Origin: Balanoglossus misakiensis
Lineage: Eukaryota > Animalia > Hemichordata
Direction: 5' to 3'
Length of the DNA stretch: 64,000 bases
Assembly (NCBI GenBank): GCA_040954595.2
Contig: CM082590.2
Location: 1,860,001-1,924,000, forward strand
Shown here: piece after piece, positions 28,001 through 41,022 of the stretch
Layout: each line of letters begins with the position of its first letter
How positions within the stretch are numbered: position 1 is the stretch's first letter
Notes under the pieces: generated by a model
Database searches by the model: none
Told to the model about the DNA's origin: nothing
The model's input: the letters and a program-made list of their open reading frames with translations, nothing else
Position numbers and translations under genes: made by a program

Positions 28001-31000
28001 CACATAGTTGGCAACAGTTGCTTCCAATAACCATTACTACATTAGTCATATGGTATTATAGAGAAGATTCTTCATGGCCTTTACACATCTATAGATAATT
28101 GGCTCCCACAGGACATGATCACCAATACATAATCTTCTGATGAATATAAGTAAATTTGAAAGAAACTTACCTGAGTTTTGTTTTCTTTACACAGTTCTTT
28201 AAACTGTTGCACAGTTATTTTATGATCTATAAGTTGGTTCAAAAAACCAATGAGGGTGCCTTCAGGGACATTCTTGGCATTTTGAAACATTGTTTGTTTA
28301 CAAATGTTTGATGCATTTCTGAGTCCCTTCAGTACACCCTCATTGTACAACTTAACCATCCTTTTAGATAAAGAAAATAACTGGTTGGAAAACAAGGCCA
28401 CTGCCATATGGGTGTAATAATTTTCATTTGGTATACCACATGCTTTTTCCTGCAAAAGGAACGTGAAAGGGAACTCTGTTAAAATTTTATCAGATAGCAT
28501 TTAAAAAATTGAACAGGCTGTCCATAACATTGAAAATCAGTATACATTGTTGAAGCTCACTTTACAACTTCAACCATGCATCAAAGTTAGGGAGTGTACG
28601 GTTATTATAACCAGGGGTGGGCCAGCAAAGTTGTCTTACCTTCCCCCAAAATAAAAACTTAGATTCTCTCACAACCTCTTTGCCTGGCGAGAGTTTGCTA
28701 CACAAAGCTATGATGGTTCGGTCCTCACTATGGCACAGTGTACTGACACAGAGAACCATACCTACATGTATGTGAGAGAAGAATGCTTCATGCTTACCTT
28801 TTTTGATTTATACAGTTTGTTTTTGTTCTCTGGGAAGTCTTGAATAATTCGTCTGGCATCCTCGGACCATGTCCTATCCTTCTTTGGGGGATCGTGGTTG
28901 CCATATTTTTCCAGAATCGATTTCCGGAAAATTTGCACAATTTCCCAAAACCTCCCCAAGTCTTCCTCTTCCTCCCCATCCATGGTGAAAGGTGTTGAGC
29001 TAAAAAAAGGTGAATCACTTGTTAAAGGTGCAGTATGTGATATCATGACAAATATAATTATATTCTTACAAGCATAAGCTTTTCATCCGTGGGCAATTTT
29101 GATGATTTTAGTTTGAAGTACAAACTGTATTATATGAATGTTATTGTGCTTATTAAATATACATAGTATCCTAATATTGAACTCTTGTAGTCAGAGAATC
29201 AGCACATTAGTTGCTATATGAAACTGTTTTTGACCCTCCTTAAGACTTAATATGTATGCTTTGTTGGTATGGTCTTAAGGATGGTCTCAATAACAATTTC
29301 AGTTGCAACTATGTAATTATTTATAAATGTATCCAACATATACTGATCCATTATCCACACATGAACAATGACAAATACCCATTAAGGTGATAAGCACAAG
29401 TACATGTCTTGTTTCAAATTAAAATAATAAAATGGAAATGCAAAAATGATGCACAGCTCTAATTGAACCAGAAATTGAATTTGTCTAGTGGAACTGATTT
29501 GTGCAACACCAATAACATTACGCTGCAACTGACCATTATGTAATTCATTTGTTTCACATTAGTTTTCACATTGTCTTCCACCACAATTAAACTTCTCTGC
29601 AGAGTACACTCTTTGTTGTAAATTTGACATCAAGAAACACTGTCTTCAGAAAATATTTACCTTCCACATGGCACAGGAGCAATCTCATCAACCTCCATGG
29701 AATCCTCGCTGTCGGAAAACAAGTCTACAGACTTATCCATGGAGGTTACTATGGAATTGTATCTGTCCACAAACAAAGTGGCATTATCGATAAATGCCAA
29801 TTCATTGAAAGATTTCTCCCCATCCCCTTCATGGTACTCCATGATGTTATATTCAAGCACTTTGGATGAGGAGAATGTTATCTGTGAATAGTAGACAAAT
29901 ATAGCATTATATTAATTGTCAAGAATATGTGCATTTCATCCAGGCCAGGTAAGTGCTCTTCTATCAGATGTCTTTATATAATATAGTTAAGAAAAACAAA
30001 AACTAGTGACATCAAAACATTTGCTAAGGATAATTTGTAAAATCAATAAAAGTGCAACATTTAGTTGATTTTGTTCGACAGACACATTGAAGGACCAGAC
30101 AATGCAGGTTTTTCGTACACAGACATTTTCAAAATTGCTTAGTTGATTAGTTTATCTGTCCAGGTAGAAACAGTTTTTGATATGACATATATGCACTTCG
30201 TCATTTTGTGAAATTTTGTAGGGATTCATGGCGATATCTAATACATGAAGTTAGAAAAGCATGCATATCTATATTCTTGTAAATGACTTGTATAAATTAT
30301 AATCTACCAAAACCATCCAAATCGATTGAAAATTGAGAGATCAGAGAGGTTTTACAATTTTCAAAATAGGCCGGGAGGTTTGGTTCCACGTAATACAGAA
30401 GTTTAGTTACACATAATTACGCGTACGTCTGGTCAGCAAGTGGCGTACGCGTACGCGTAGTGACGCGTGAATTTTGCAATTAAATGTGTTAATGTTTGGA
30501 AAACAGCAAATACTGCCAGTTTTGGAACATACGGCTGCAGTTATTCAGATAACACAGGGCTTGGCCCTTGCGTTTGATATTTTATTTTTTACGTGCAGTG
30601 CAACACAAAAAAAAATCATTTACAACGTAGCGAATAAAGTACATAAACATCATGAAAGAGATCGTGTTGCAAGTGGTCCCCCCCCCCCCCCAATACGCAT
30701 TAGTACAGACAAGGTAGCGAATTCGTGTGTTATATCATCAAGGAAAATGACCCGGAAGCCCTACTAATGGCTTATGCGTGCATAAATTATAGGGCCGACA
30801 CTTGCCAAGTTTGTGGCCTAGGTTACCGCACGTACATCACTGTGCGTCCTGCTACAGCATACAAGCGTGCGTACGCGTACATGTGTACAGGGCGCCCGAC
30901 CGACCAACCTTGACAAGGCGCCCCAGATACTACATGTATGCTGGCTACGGCGCAATTGCACTTTCAGAGATCGATCGCCCAAATTAAAGAAAATATAGAG

Positions 31001-33355
31001 AAAAGCCGAAAAATACACAATAATCATGGTTACGCGTAGAAGTGTCGCTTGCCGTTACAAACGTCTGCTCTCGATCTCACGTACGCGAAGTTATCACGTG
31101 ACAAAGACACTGTGCGTACTGATCGAACGTCATAGAAGAGATACGTGCGCGTGAATTTCGCGGTTTAGTTGTGCGTTTTGAATAAAAATGTTTAAAAACA
31201 ACGAGCAATTAAAATAATTTTCACTTAAATTAATTTCTTTGTGTGTCTGTGATGAACATTCTCTAAGATTACCATCAGTGTCATAAGTTGCTCGACTACC
31301 GTGAATACTGCTAGTTTTGGCACATACGGCAGATATTATTCAATTAACATGGAGCCTGACTATGTCACAATCAATCAATCAATCAGAGAAATTTGTATAG
31401 CGCCAGTATCTATAACAAGTGTCGTACTCAAAGGCGCTTGTGCTCATTGGCCCACACCATATGCTCTTGCGAAATAATGCGTCTTCAGTCTTTTCTTAAA
31501 GATACTCAAACTTGGAGCTTGACGAATGTCTTGTGACAGAGAGTTCCACAGTTTCGGTGCAGCATGTGAGAATGCTCGGCCACCGTATGAAGAACGTTTG
31601 TACATTGTAGTGCATAAAAGGCTCTTATTAGCTGAACGAAGCCTGCGACCAGGAGAATATGTCCGAATGAGATCGCGGATATAGTTCGGAGCGAGATTAT
31701 TTAAGGCTTTGTATGTGAGCAGATTAATTTTATACTCTATCCTGTGGCGAACTGGTAACCAATGAAGAAGTTGAAGAACTGGCGTTATATGGGCAGACTT
31801 CCTGGACCGAGTTATGATTCTTGCAGCTGTATTTTGTGTGCGTTGTAGAAGGTTAAGACTGCTTTCTGGTATACCATACAGTAATGCATTACCATAGTCG
31901 AGTTTCGCTGCCAAAATAGCATGAATCACTGTTTGACATGTTGCTTTGTTAAGAAATTTCCTGATTTGTCCGACACGGCGAAAGTGGTAATATATTGATT
32001 GACAAGTTTTCTTGATGTGATCTTTATACATGTGCGTATTGTCAAATATTACACCAATATTGCGAGCTGATTTAACGACGGGAACAGAACTTGAACCTAT
32101 GGTAATCTTGTCAATAGCATCAGCAGACTTATGAAATTGTGAACGAATAAGTAGAATCTCAGTTTTGGAGTCGTTGAGTTGAAGCTTGTTTTGGGTCATC
32201 CAGTCCTTAAGATCACGGATACAGGCCTCAATGGATGCTATAGCGGAAGATGAATCGGTGTGAGAGAAGGCAAGGTAAATCTGATTGTCATCTGCATATT
32301 GATGGAATTTTAGGTTGTGCTGACGAATAAGCTTTCCCAACGGAGAAATATAGATTGTGAACAAAATGGGGCCAAGAACTGAACCCTGTGGCACTCCAAA
32401 ACGAACATGTGATGGTTGACTGGTGATCTTGTCTATTATTATGGATTGGTCTCGATTTTTGAGGTAGGATGCAAACCACTCGAGTGCCATATCAGTAATG
32501 CCAAGACTGGCCATTTCATAGATCGATCGCCAAAAGTACGAGAAAATATCGTGAAAATCTGAACAAAATGTTATACGTAATCATGAACGTTTTAACGTGT
32601 AACTAAACCTCAATACTTATAAGTAACCACAAGACCAATGATTTCTTTGACTGATAGTTTAATGGCGACGCGCAAATCTATTTAACGGGTCAGTGCTAAG
32701 TCCATGCGATGGACGTTTAATTTTGGGTGCGACGCGTGCCTGTGCATTCTGTCATACATGTATGCCGATTGCTAACTTTCAATATATATTTTTTGTTCCA
32801 ATCCTCTCAGAATTCTTAATTTTAAATTGATGTAGCTGATTTTCGTTACTTGAAATTTTTAAAGCTGTGAAAATAATTTTCTATCGAACCTCGCATTTTA
32901 TGATAAAAATAAACACTAAAAATGAAAACCTGTGAGTGAAATAACATCAACCATAAACTCACACTTGATTTCACAACTTGATTGCATCAGGCCTTATTAC
33001 ACAAGTTACAGTATGGATGCCAACACCTTTGATTTTTTGGCGCCATAATCCCATTTTATGACATTGAATTATTTTTTAGATTTCTTGACAGGAAATTTCA
33101 AAATTTGAGAAATACTGCTGTACTAACGTTTGCAAAATATGAAATAAAAACATTACTGTTAAAATCTAGTGACAAACATATGAAATAAAATCAACCTTAT
33201 TATTCGCTCACCTTCACAACTGCTTCATCTTCAGTGGAAGCTGACAATGCGATCACGCTTCCAAAAGGACATTTTTTGATTTGATCTTTGGTGCACACAA
33301 TGTTGACGGAAACTCTTCCTGCATCTTCGCCGAAAGACCAAAATGTCAAACTCAT
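25063..33355 (-). CDS. Uncharacterised spliced gene, 9 predicted exons, ~460 aa, with an acidic patch and a C-terminal coiled-coil-like region
   Basis: Exons 33355-33212, 29881-29661, 28999-28798, 28449-28171, 27438-27343, 26433-26371, 26159-26097, 25765-25712 and 25326-25063. All introns are GT-AG, phases are compatible (0,2,0,0,0,0,0,0), there are no internal stops, and the start context is CCAACCATG. The 3' end is the least certain part. Confidence 0.72.
25846..25897 (+). ncRNA. Minimal type I hammerhead ribozyme motif (Penelope-like terminal-repeat remnant)
   Basis: CTGACGA (25853), stem II ACAAC/GTTGT, then GAAACGTT. Stem I is TTTTGC/GTAGAA with G-U pairs, followed by AATAAA. Confidence 0.6.
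25993..26537. repeat. Tandem duplication (~275 bp) containing a 63-nt exon
   Basis: TTTGACA(A/G)GTCTAAACCA occurs at 25993 and 26268. Confidence 0.9.
29208..29311. mobile_element. Small foldback MITE remnant with TAG...CTA ends
   Basis: Imperfect ~40-bp inverted repeat TAGTTGC..CCTTAAGAC / GTCTTAAGG..GCAACTA. Confidence 0.55.
30395..32612. mobile_element. Rearranged CpG-rich MITE of the same family as 38451-39039, interrupted by a LINE
   Basis: Ends GTTTAGTTACAC / GTGTAACTAAACCTC. Internal blocks (GACGCGTGAATTTTGC, TACGCGTAGAAG, GCGTACTGATCGAACGT) are shared with 38451-39039. Confidence 0.7.
31368..32516 (-). mobile_element. 5'-truncated L2-clade LINE (C-terminal part of RT, 3'UTR and tail)
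   Basis: ORF 31444-32514 contains GVPQGSVLGP, YADD, LHWLPV and FKKRLKTHYF. The short 3'UTR has a GCGCC..GGCGC stem and a (TGAT)n tail. Confidence 0.92.
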
Positions 33356-36045
33356 GGTTGGCGGTTGGCAAAATAAGTTTGCAGCACAGAGGAACAAAAG
33401 TTGTTCACTTTCCAAAGTTTCGAATTGATCTGATCAAATTATAAGTTTTGCTCACTACACTGCTGCGATGCGACATGAGAGTCGATAACATTGCAGGGGT
33501 GGGTCAATTTTAAGCAGGAGGGGCTCGAAAGTTCGAACAAAATTAATTTAAATAGTTGGTCTTTTTTATCCATACGATAGACTTTGGCAACTTTAATTAC
33601 AATTTTGCTATGGTTGTATTCATAAAGTTGCCATGATTCGTCCTGTTTCCGATTTCATTTAACAATACCTCTGAAATTACTATTCCCTTATTTAAATGGT
33701 TCCATCCCCTGTGCAAATTAGGCATCGTGGTAACAGTGATTGACACTTGAGTTGGTATATATAGTACACGTGCCGAAAATCCATTAGGTTTACCCCCAGG
33801 TACGGACTGCGGTCTTTGTACAAGCGACCGAGCGTACGTACGTGTGCGGTCCGGTCGCCACACGAAACATGGACCCTGGTTATGCAAATAAGGTAACCTG
33901 TAAAGCGAAGGGGTGTATGTTATATATGATGACTGGCGGTACCACGTAGGTATTTCACGTTCAAACCGGGACGGTGTCGATTTCATGTCACATAGTGAAT
34001 ACAGTCACGAGTCAACAAAGTAAAAAGGTGCTCTTTTGTGAGAAACCTTCACTCCTCTCATATCCAAAACATTTTAGAAGATTATTATTATAAAAAGGTG
34101 CAAAGAATGAACCATTTTCAGTGATAAGTTTGATTTATCATAAATTGCCGTCGTCGTTACTGTTTGTGAAGCTTAGCCTGACGTCATCGCATTGCTTGAG
34201 GCAACCCATGCAAACTTTGTGTCGACACAAAAGACGCGACGACATAATCGCGTCACCTGCGTCGGGCCTCGTCGAGTTACAGGAGGCAACTCGATCTGCA
34301 ACTATGGATACATATAGGAATATTAGTTTCCAAAAAATAAAGACTGGTTTTAATTTTGTACATGTATTATATTTTTGTAGCACTGTGTATTTTAAGTTTT
34401 TTTATATACACCATGGAATCCCTGACCAGTGAGTAGCGACATTTAGATTCTACGGTATTAAACCACGATCGTGACGTCACACTATTCAATAGACAAGTCA
34501 TTCACTGGGAGAACCTCCGTCTCACACAAAACCACGGGTTGAAAACCAAGTCCTGGGTAGTTCTAGAACTACCGCAGGACTCAGTCTCACATGTCGTAAC
34601 AAAAATACAAATACACAATGCTTTTTTTGCATAATTACATTGACTTCATACCTGTGTTCAAAGTACATTTCATTTGGATAGATTAATTGTTATGTTAATT
34701 GAATGCGAACTGGATATGCGACAGTCTCCGGATCATTTCATTCAATGCTTCACATTCACAGTTTTGTCTACTGACGTACAAAGCTAATGTCTTGGTGGCT
34801 CTCGAGAGTCTTCATAACATGATAAAGTATAAAATAGACAAAAAATCAATTCACCAGAAACAAACTAGCTATGCAATAAATTCACTACAAATTTCTAGAA
34901 AATTATACTAAATCACATTATCCCCAGATTTGCTTGTATTACTCTAATCCGATTCTTCACTTCGATTTTGCTTCACTACCGACATGTAACAAGGTTGGCT
35001 GTTTTACTATTTAACAAAACCCGCGTACCTTGCAAATTCTGCTTACTTTTTGTTGTTGTTCACCAGATGTGCGTTTGTAATGTCGGACGGCTTCACTTCG
35101 GTATCAAGTCTTTGCGCAGATGAGTTAGGCCTACTCACCAATATCGCTACCATACAGACGCGTTGCCGCTGTGGCGATCGTAGAGATTGGTTCGTTCAAA
35201 AGCCAGGGAGGCCAATACACAGACGGGCAGTAGTACCATGTTGAGCATTGTGACCCAGTTTTTGCTTTACCAACATGTAACCGATTGTTTTCGCAGATGA
35301 TATAGATCGGAACTATCTTCAGATCGATTTCATGGACATTTGAAGGAAAAATAACTAAAAACGTGACACTTAGGCCTACTGCATTTGGCCTAGAAAATAT
35401 TCGCGTAAGCTTACCATGTCCACGCAAAACCCCAATAGCTGTAACCCTTCCCAAAATACACTACGTAACACACCTGTAAAGTTTAATTTGATGCAAATTG
35501 AAGTTTGAAATTAGCATATCACTCCGACACGTAAGCATGAACATTTAGAGTAACACCTGTCAAGCGTGGGCGATCTTGTAAGACCCAGCAGGGCGGTCCA
35601 GAACTACCTGCCCACAACATGATTCATTTATAGGAAGAGGGGTGGCCAACCAAATTTCACAGTCAACAATGAAGAATAAGCCTCCTTTGATACAATTTTG
35701 TTCGTTCATTTTATTGAATCGTTGTGTAAAACGACGTCTTTATGGTATACAAAGCTCCAATGGTGATAATGTCTGTGGGGGATCGTGGTTTAAGTTAGAG
35801 ATATAAACGGATAATCGTTCACTACTCAATTTATTCGCGTCACATTTCCGATATTGGCCGATATCAGATATAAGTTTACTACGCATTCCACACAATTTGC
35901 GGAACTCAATCCGAAAATGAATACCCACCCCTATTTGAACACATTTAATATTGGTGAAGGAATATAATGAGAGGTTTACAAATGCGACATTAGATTTATA
36001 TTTTCTAATCTATAATTTGCGCTACACCTTTCCAAAAGTGTGTGA

Positions 36046-36152
36046 TCAGTGAAAAATTCAGCTGAATATTTTGGGGGAAAACACAAATCAGTGAAAAATT
36101 CAGCCGAATATTTTGGGGAAACACAAATCTGTTAAAAATTCAGCTGATTTTT
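36046..36152. repeat. Three ~41-bp tandem units containing AAAATTCAGCTGA
   Basis: ATCAGTGAAAAATTCAGC(T/C)GAATATTTTGGGG(G)AAA(A)CACAA occurs twice, plus a partial third copy. Confidence 0.8.
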
Positions 36153-36154
36153 TA

Positions 36155-36695
36155 GGCTGTCGCACACGAGAGAAATCAGCTGAGCAAAACGCCATTCGAG
36201 GAATTTTGCTCAGCACGTTTCTCTCGTGTGCGGTGGTCTTGAGTAATTTTCCTCGCGATGAAAAAAATATCAAGACAGCAATACGATTGCTTTATTCTTT
36301 GCGTTTATAATTTCGTTCGACAATATTTGCAAGTAGCTAGCGCTAGGCAAAATTACGTTGGTGAGTATGATGTTTGGACGATGCACTCTGCATACCCGGC
36401 GCGGCGTACCGCTATATTTAAAAACCTATTGTCTTGAAATTCTTATGGAAACTTACTCGAGACATTTTCACTTAACAGTTGAGTTGTGGGCAAGTGTGAT
36501 CGTAGTATGGTTTTCACACGATTTTGAAACAGTTTGTAACTAACAAATCGTCGATTGTGCAAGGTACATTCCATTGTACATGTTGAATATCGTGATCCGC
36601 GGCACAAAAGTAAAAAGTTCAGGAAAAATCGGCCGCACACGGAAGGAAAATTGCTGAGCAAAATTCCTCGAATGACTTTTTGCTCAGCTAATTTA
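36155..36695. mobile_element. MITE-like element with ~70-bp inverted repeats (right end degraded)
   Basis: AGCTGAGCAAAACGCCATTCGAGGAATTTTGCTCAGCA..GTGTGCGG is mirrored by CCGCACAC..TGCTGAGCAAAATTCCTCGAATGACTTTTTGCTCAGCT. Confidence 0.6.
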
Positions 36696-37526
36696 TGTCA
36701 GTTGAAAAAAATTAAAAGGAAATTCCAAAAATTGGTCGGAAATTCCAACATTAGTTTAGAACTTGTCAATGACTAAAATCGGACATTACTCGTCGACGTC
36801 CCTACACAAGTTAAGTAAGGGATCCATCCCCATCCCACAGGTGAGCGGCGCCGAAAACATGAACTGCAGGAAATGTCTTTTATTATTTGAAATGGTAGTT
36901 TATTCTAGAGGAGAGGAGCAGCTAGTGAAAAAGTGAGGAGCAGCTAGTGACAAAGTACGTTATCCATAAGTTTGATATTTACAGTTAGGTAACTATATAA
37001 ATGAGCGATTTATCGGAAGAGCGAAGTAGGCTATTTTTAAGTTAAACGTGGTTATAGTTTTGTATGTTGTAAGTAGTGTTGTATATCAAATATTATCATA
37101 CCAATATTGCGAGGTGATCAATAATTTTGATGGCGCTTGTTTCGATATTATCCATTGAACAGAACAGATCAACGTTATGACAAATCAAACATAACCAACC
37201 CAGTATGTGGTGAGGAGAACCCATTAATTATGCGAGAACCAGCACCCCTAGCCGACGTGTTCAACTATAAGATGATTTTTATGGTGAAAAATTTCCCCTG
37301 GAATATCCTTTGAAAATTCAGCTGAATTTTCTGTACTGAACAAATTATATCGACAGAACCCCGCTTTGAAGTTTAAGCACGATATCGTTTCCGTGCATTT
37401 CACGCAGAACCATCATGCAAAAAAAGGCAGTATTACGATAATAACATTTCATTGAAAAGATAATAAAAAAGGGATTTCAATGAACATGTCAGGCGGGGAG
37501 CCCTCCTGTGAACCTCGTGACGTCCT

Positions 37527-37554
37527 GGCGCGAAATTGTGGCGCGAAATTTGAA
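37527..37554 (+). promoter_or_regulatory. Tandem E2F-like sites with an adjacent CHR element
   Basis: GGCGCGAAA at 37527 and 37540, then TTTGAA at 37549, ~110 bp upstream of ATG 37666 in CpG-rich sequence. Confidence 0.55.
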
Positions 37555-38450
37555 GTGTAGTTTGAGAATCTGGGCCAGTGTAGAATTCACCGGGACACGG
37601 CCGCAGCGCAGCGTACCGGTACAGCTAGTCTTCGATGATCGCGAATCGTGCGTATGATAGCGAACATGACAACTTTCGATGTCTACGATTTTTCCTCCGA
37701 TGAAGAAAAAATGAAGACCCTGGAAGACCTGTCATTCACCGGTTTCGAATATAAATGCGAAATTTGCGACAAGAGTTTTGGGATCCCTGGGGCCGGCAGA
37801 GAAGCATGTCAAATCACACCATTGTGTGAGTACCTGTAAGTGTGCATTTCTTTCTGTTATAAAAAAATATCGTTCAATTTATTCTTTACTCTCTTCATTT
37901 CCCAGTGTCAACATCTTCATTGTTAGATAACATATGTCGTTTTCTTCCAGTGAATGCAAATCACGGAACCACAGCTCAAGATTTAGATGAACTTGAGGAT
38001 AATTTAATCCAAACAGGTAACTATTTGGCAATTTTCACACTTACAAGATTCACGAACTCATGGTTACAAAGACTAGCAAATGAGAGACTTTACTGACAGA
38101 AACCTCTCGTTATAGTGTCAATACTTTAATTGAATAATTAAAGGCGTTTTGCATTTTTGTACAGGAATATACGATCGTGGTGGGGAGGAAGAGGACGGGG
38201 AGGAAATGACACATAGAGAAGTGTCGAACCTTCCTGGCCCCGACAGACGTAAGTGCTCAAATTCTATAAACTGTACATGTATCGTTGGATTTCAAGCGGA
38301 GCAATTTCAAGTAGAGTGGTATTTAGTCAAGACATTTAACATGAATTGACGAGAATTATCCATACACGACAACATCTTGGACGAATGCAACCCTACTATT
38401 TTGACGACGATGCCATTGATGTGGAAAAATGGCGGGAACGCATTACAATA

Positions 38451-39039
38451 GAGAGGTTTAGTTACACGTAAATACGCGTACGTCTGACGGCAGGCAGTGG
38501 CGTTCGCGTATGTGTAGCGACGCGTGAATTTTGCGGTTTAGTTGTCCGTTTTGAATAACAAAATATTTAAAAACAATAGAACATTCAAATATTTTTCACT
38601 TAAATAAATTTTGTGTGTGATGAATATTCTCTAAGATCACCACCCTTGCAATAAGTTTCTTGACTGCAGTGGAAAGATAGTTTAGTGAAGTTTTCTGATG
38701 TCTTTTTCGAGTCATCCACTGAAAACGTAGCATGGGAATAATTTTTTGTGTTCATGTTTTGAAAACAGCAAACACTGCCGGTTTTGGCACATATGGCAAA
38801 AATTATTCAGATAACATGGATGCTGGCTACATCACAATTGCACTTTCAGATATCAATCGCTCAAATTAAAGAGAGAATACCGAGAAATTTCCGAAAAATG
38901 TTACACGTAATCATGATTACGCGTAGAAGCGTCGTTTGCCGTTCCGAACGTCTGTTTGCACGTACGCGACGTCTGCTTATCACGTGACAACGACGCTATG
39001 CGTACTGATCGAACGTATTTACGTGTAACTAATCCTCTC
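38451..39039. mobile_element. Intronic MITE, probably Harbinger-type
   Basis: TIRs GAGAGGTTTAGTTACACGTAAATACG / CGTATTTACGTGTAACTAATCCTCTC. Flanks ATA / TTA form an imperfect TWA-type TSD. Confidence 0.75.
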
Positions 39040-41022
39040 TTATCGTCATGGCAGCGAACAAATCGGTGATTTGAGGTTGTCGACGATAAAAAATGTTGCC
39101 ATTTTTTCTAAAGAAGTCAAATTATTTCAAGAGCGTACAAGCCACGCGTAAACGCCGATTTTGTGCCATTAATTGATGTGCCACGCGTACATTGTATCAC
39201 ATTGGTAATTGTTTAATTTGTTGTACCAAAACTTACACAATGAAATCTGCGAGAACCAGCACCCCTGGCCGACGTGTTCAACTACGGGCATAAGCCACGC
39301 CCCCTTGGTTACTGTTACTACGCCCCAAAAGCTTTGAGCAGATCATGTTATGCAGTCGGGGTCATTGATAAATATTTACATTGAAGACGTTTCAGTTTAA
39401 AATCTAATTAACGCAAACTTTTATTATCCACCACCTGAGACACCAAAGTTATGATAACGATATGTGCAAGAATGCTAGTTTTTTTTTTTTTTTTTTTTTT
39501 TTTTTGGGGGGGGGGGCAATGATTTCTTCGACTGATTGTTTAATATTGTTTACGCATGTTTTAATGGTTATTGTAGGTCTAAAAATGCAGCACTTTTCTG
39601 TCAAAACGTATGTTTATGCAAGTCATGGGCGCGATGCCATGGCAAAGGTTCAAAAGTCCTTATTTTATACAATTTTCATCTATTTAGTAATAATCCACAT
39701 AAACGACTATGTCACATTATCAAGAAAGTTACCCTCTAAATTATAACAAGTTTCCTCAGTTTTATTTACCTTTCTTTTCAGATGAAGCCATCCAACAACT
39801 GGCGGACAAAAGACAAAAAAGAAAATCAAAAGCACTATCAATTGATAATGTTAGCAGTGCATTGTCTTTGCCCTGTGGTTGCGATAAGAACTGCCTCCGA
39901 AAGTTCACGTTTGATCGTGTAATGGCATGCCGTGAAGACTTTTGGCATAGAAGAGGTCACGATCAAGGCCAGTTTATCATAGACAATATAAAATATGCAG
40001 ACAGGAGTGGGGACACTGAAACCTCCTTCGAATTTAGTGCCCAAGGGTCTGGAGTTTGTGCCAGAGCTTGGCGGCTTGTTTATGGTGTATCTTCGTCAAG
40101 GTGATTAATAAGCATCAAGTTTTTATTTTCTGTTAAGGTCTACTATATCATTCTAACATCCTTTATCAGAGTTTTTCTTTCTTTATCCGTGCACTCTGTG
40201 TGTGGCTAAAAAGTGGCAGGCTGCCCTGTTTACTCTTATTGGAATATTGTTCAAAAAATAACAGTAGACTCAAACTGTAGTTTTTCAGGTTTCCACATTA
40301 CACATGGATTGGTTAACTGCTTTGTGGTGGATATGATAAAAGTAGTTCATGTTTACTTGTATGTTAAAATAAAAAAATGATTTGAAGTATTAAAATGTAA
40401 GATACACATTTTAAACATGGATTTAACAAATATTTTACTTTCAGCCACAAGTCCCTATAAATACCTTGAATGTGATGTTTCTTTTTTTCACTTCACACTA
40501 TTTTTTTTGTCTGTTTCCAGGTACTATGAATACCTAATAAAACACCGAAATGAACAAGTCAGTAATGTGTTTCATGGCAACTCAGGTAGACTGAAGCCCC
40601 GTCTTGCCAACAGCATCTGTAGGGCATGGTTTCGTCAATATTCCTGGAAAAATGGCGACAAGATGCCAAACCAGGAAGCGATTCACCTGCCCAGCTGTCT
40701 AACAAAAAAGCAGGTTTATGGCCAATATGTCGCAGAGATCAACTCTAAGATGGTCTCTGTGGTTGGGCAGAGTACTTTTTACGAAATATGGGCTGAACAT
40801 TTCCCAACAGTCAAGATCCCAAAGGTTAGATAATAGTATCCATCAATATTCAGCATTAAACGTCTATTTTTTATGAGTAGTATAAGCTTGCTTATAATAT
40901 TATAATTAGCCAGAGCCTGTACGCATGCGCACTTAGTTTTCCTGCATTCATTCGAATTCTCCACAGCCAGTGCAGCATGCAGTGTTACCTGTAAGTTTGT
41001 TGTTGTTGAGATTGAATAAAAA

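Noticed and set aside
32512-32514. ATG of the 356-aa RT ORF as a true start
   Set aside because: It lies at the 5' truncation point in the middle of RT; the endonuclease and early RT motifs are missing.
18300-35500. CACTA termini for the EnSpm element
   Set aside because: I could not identify a matching CAC...GTG TIR pair with a TSD by eye, so the element boundaries are left undefined.
40417-40833. 138-aa ORF (three copies) as a stand-alone gene
   Set aside because: It is exon 5 of the spliced gene plus translated intron; the acceptor is at 40520 and the donor at 40825.
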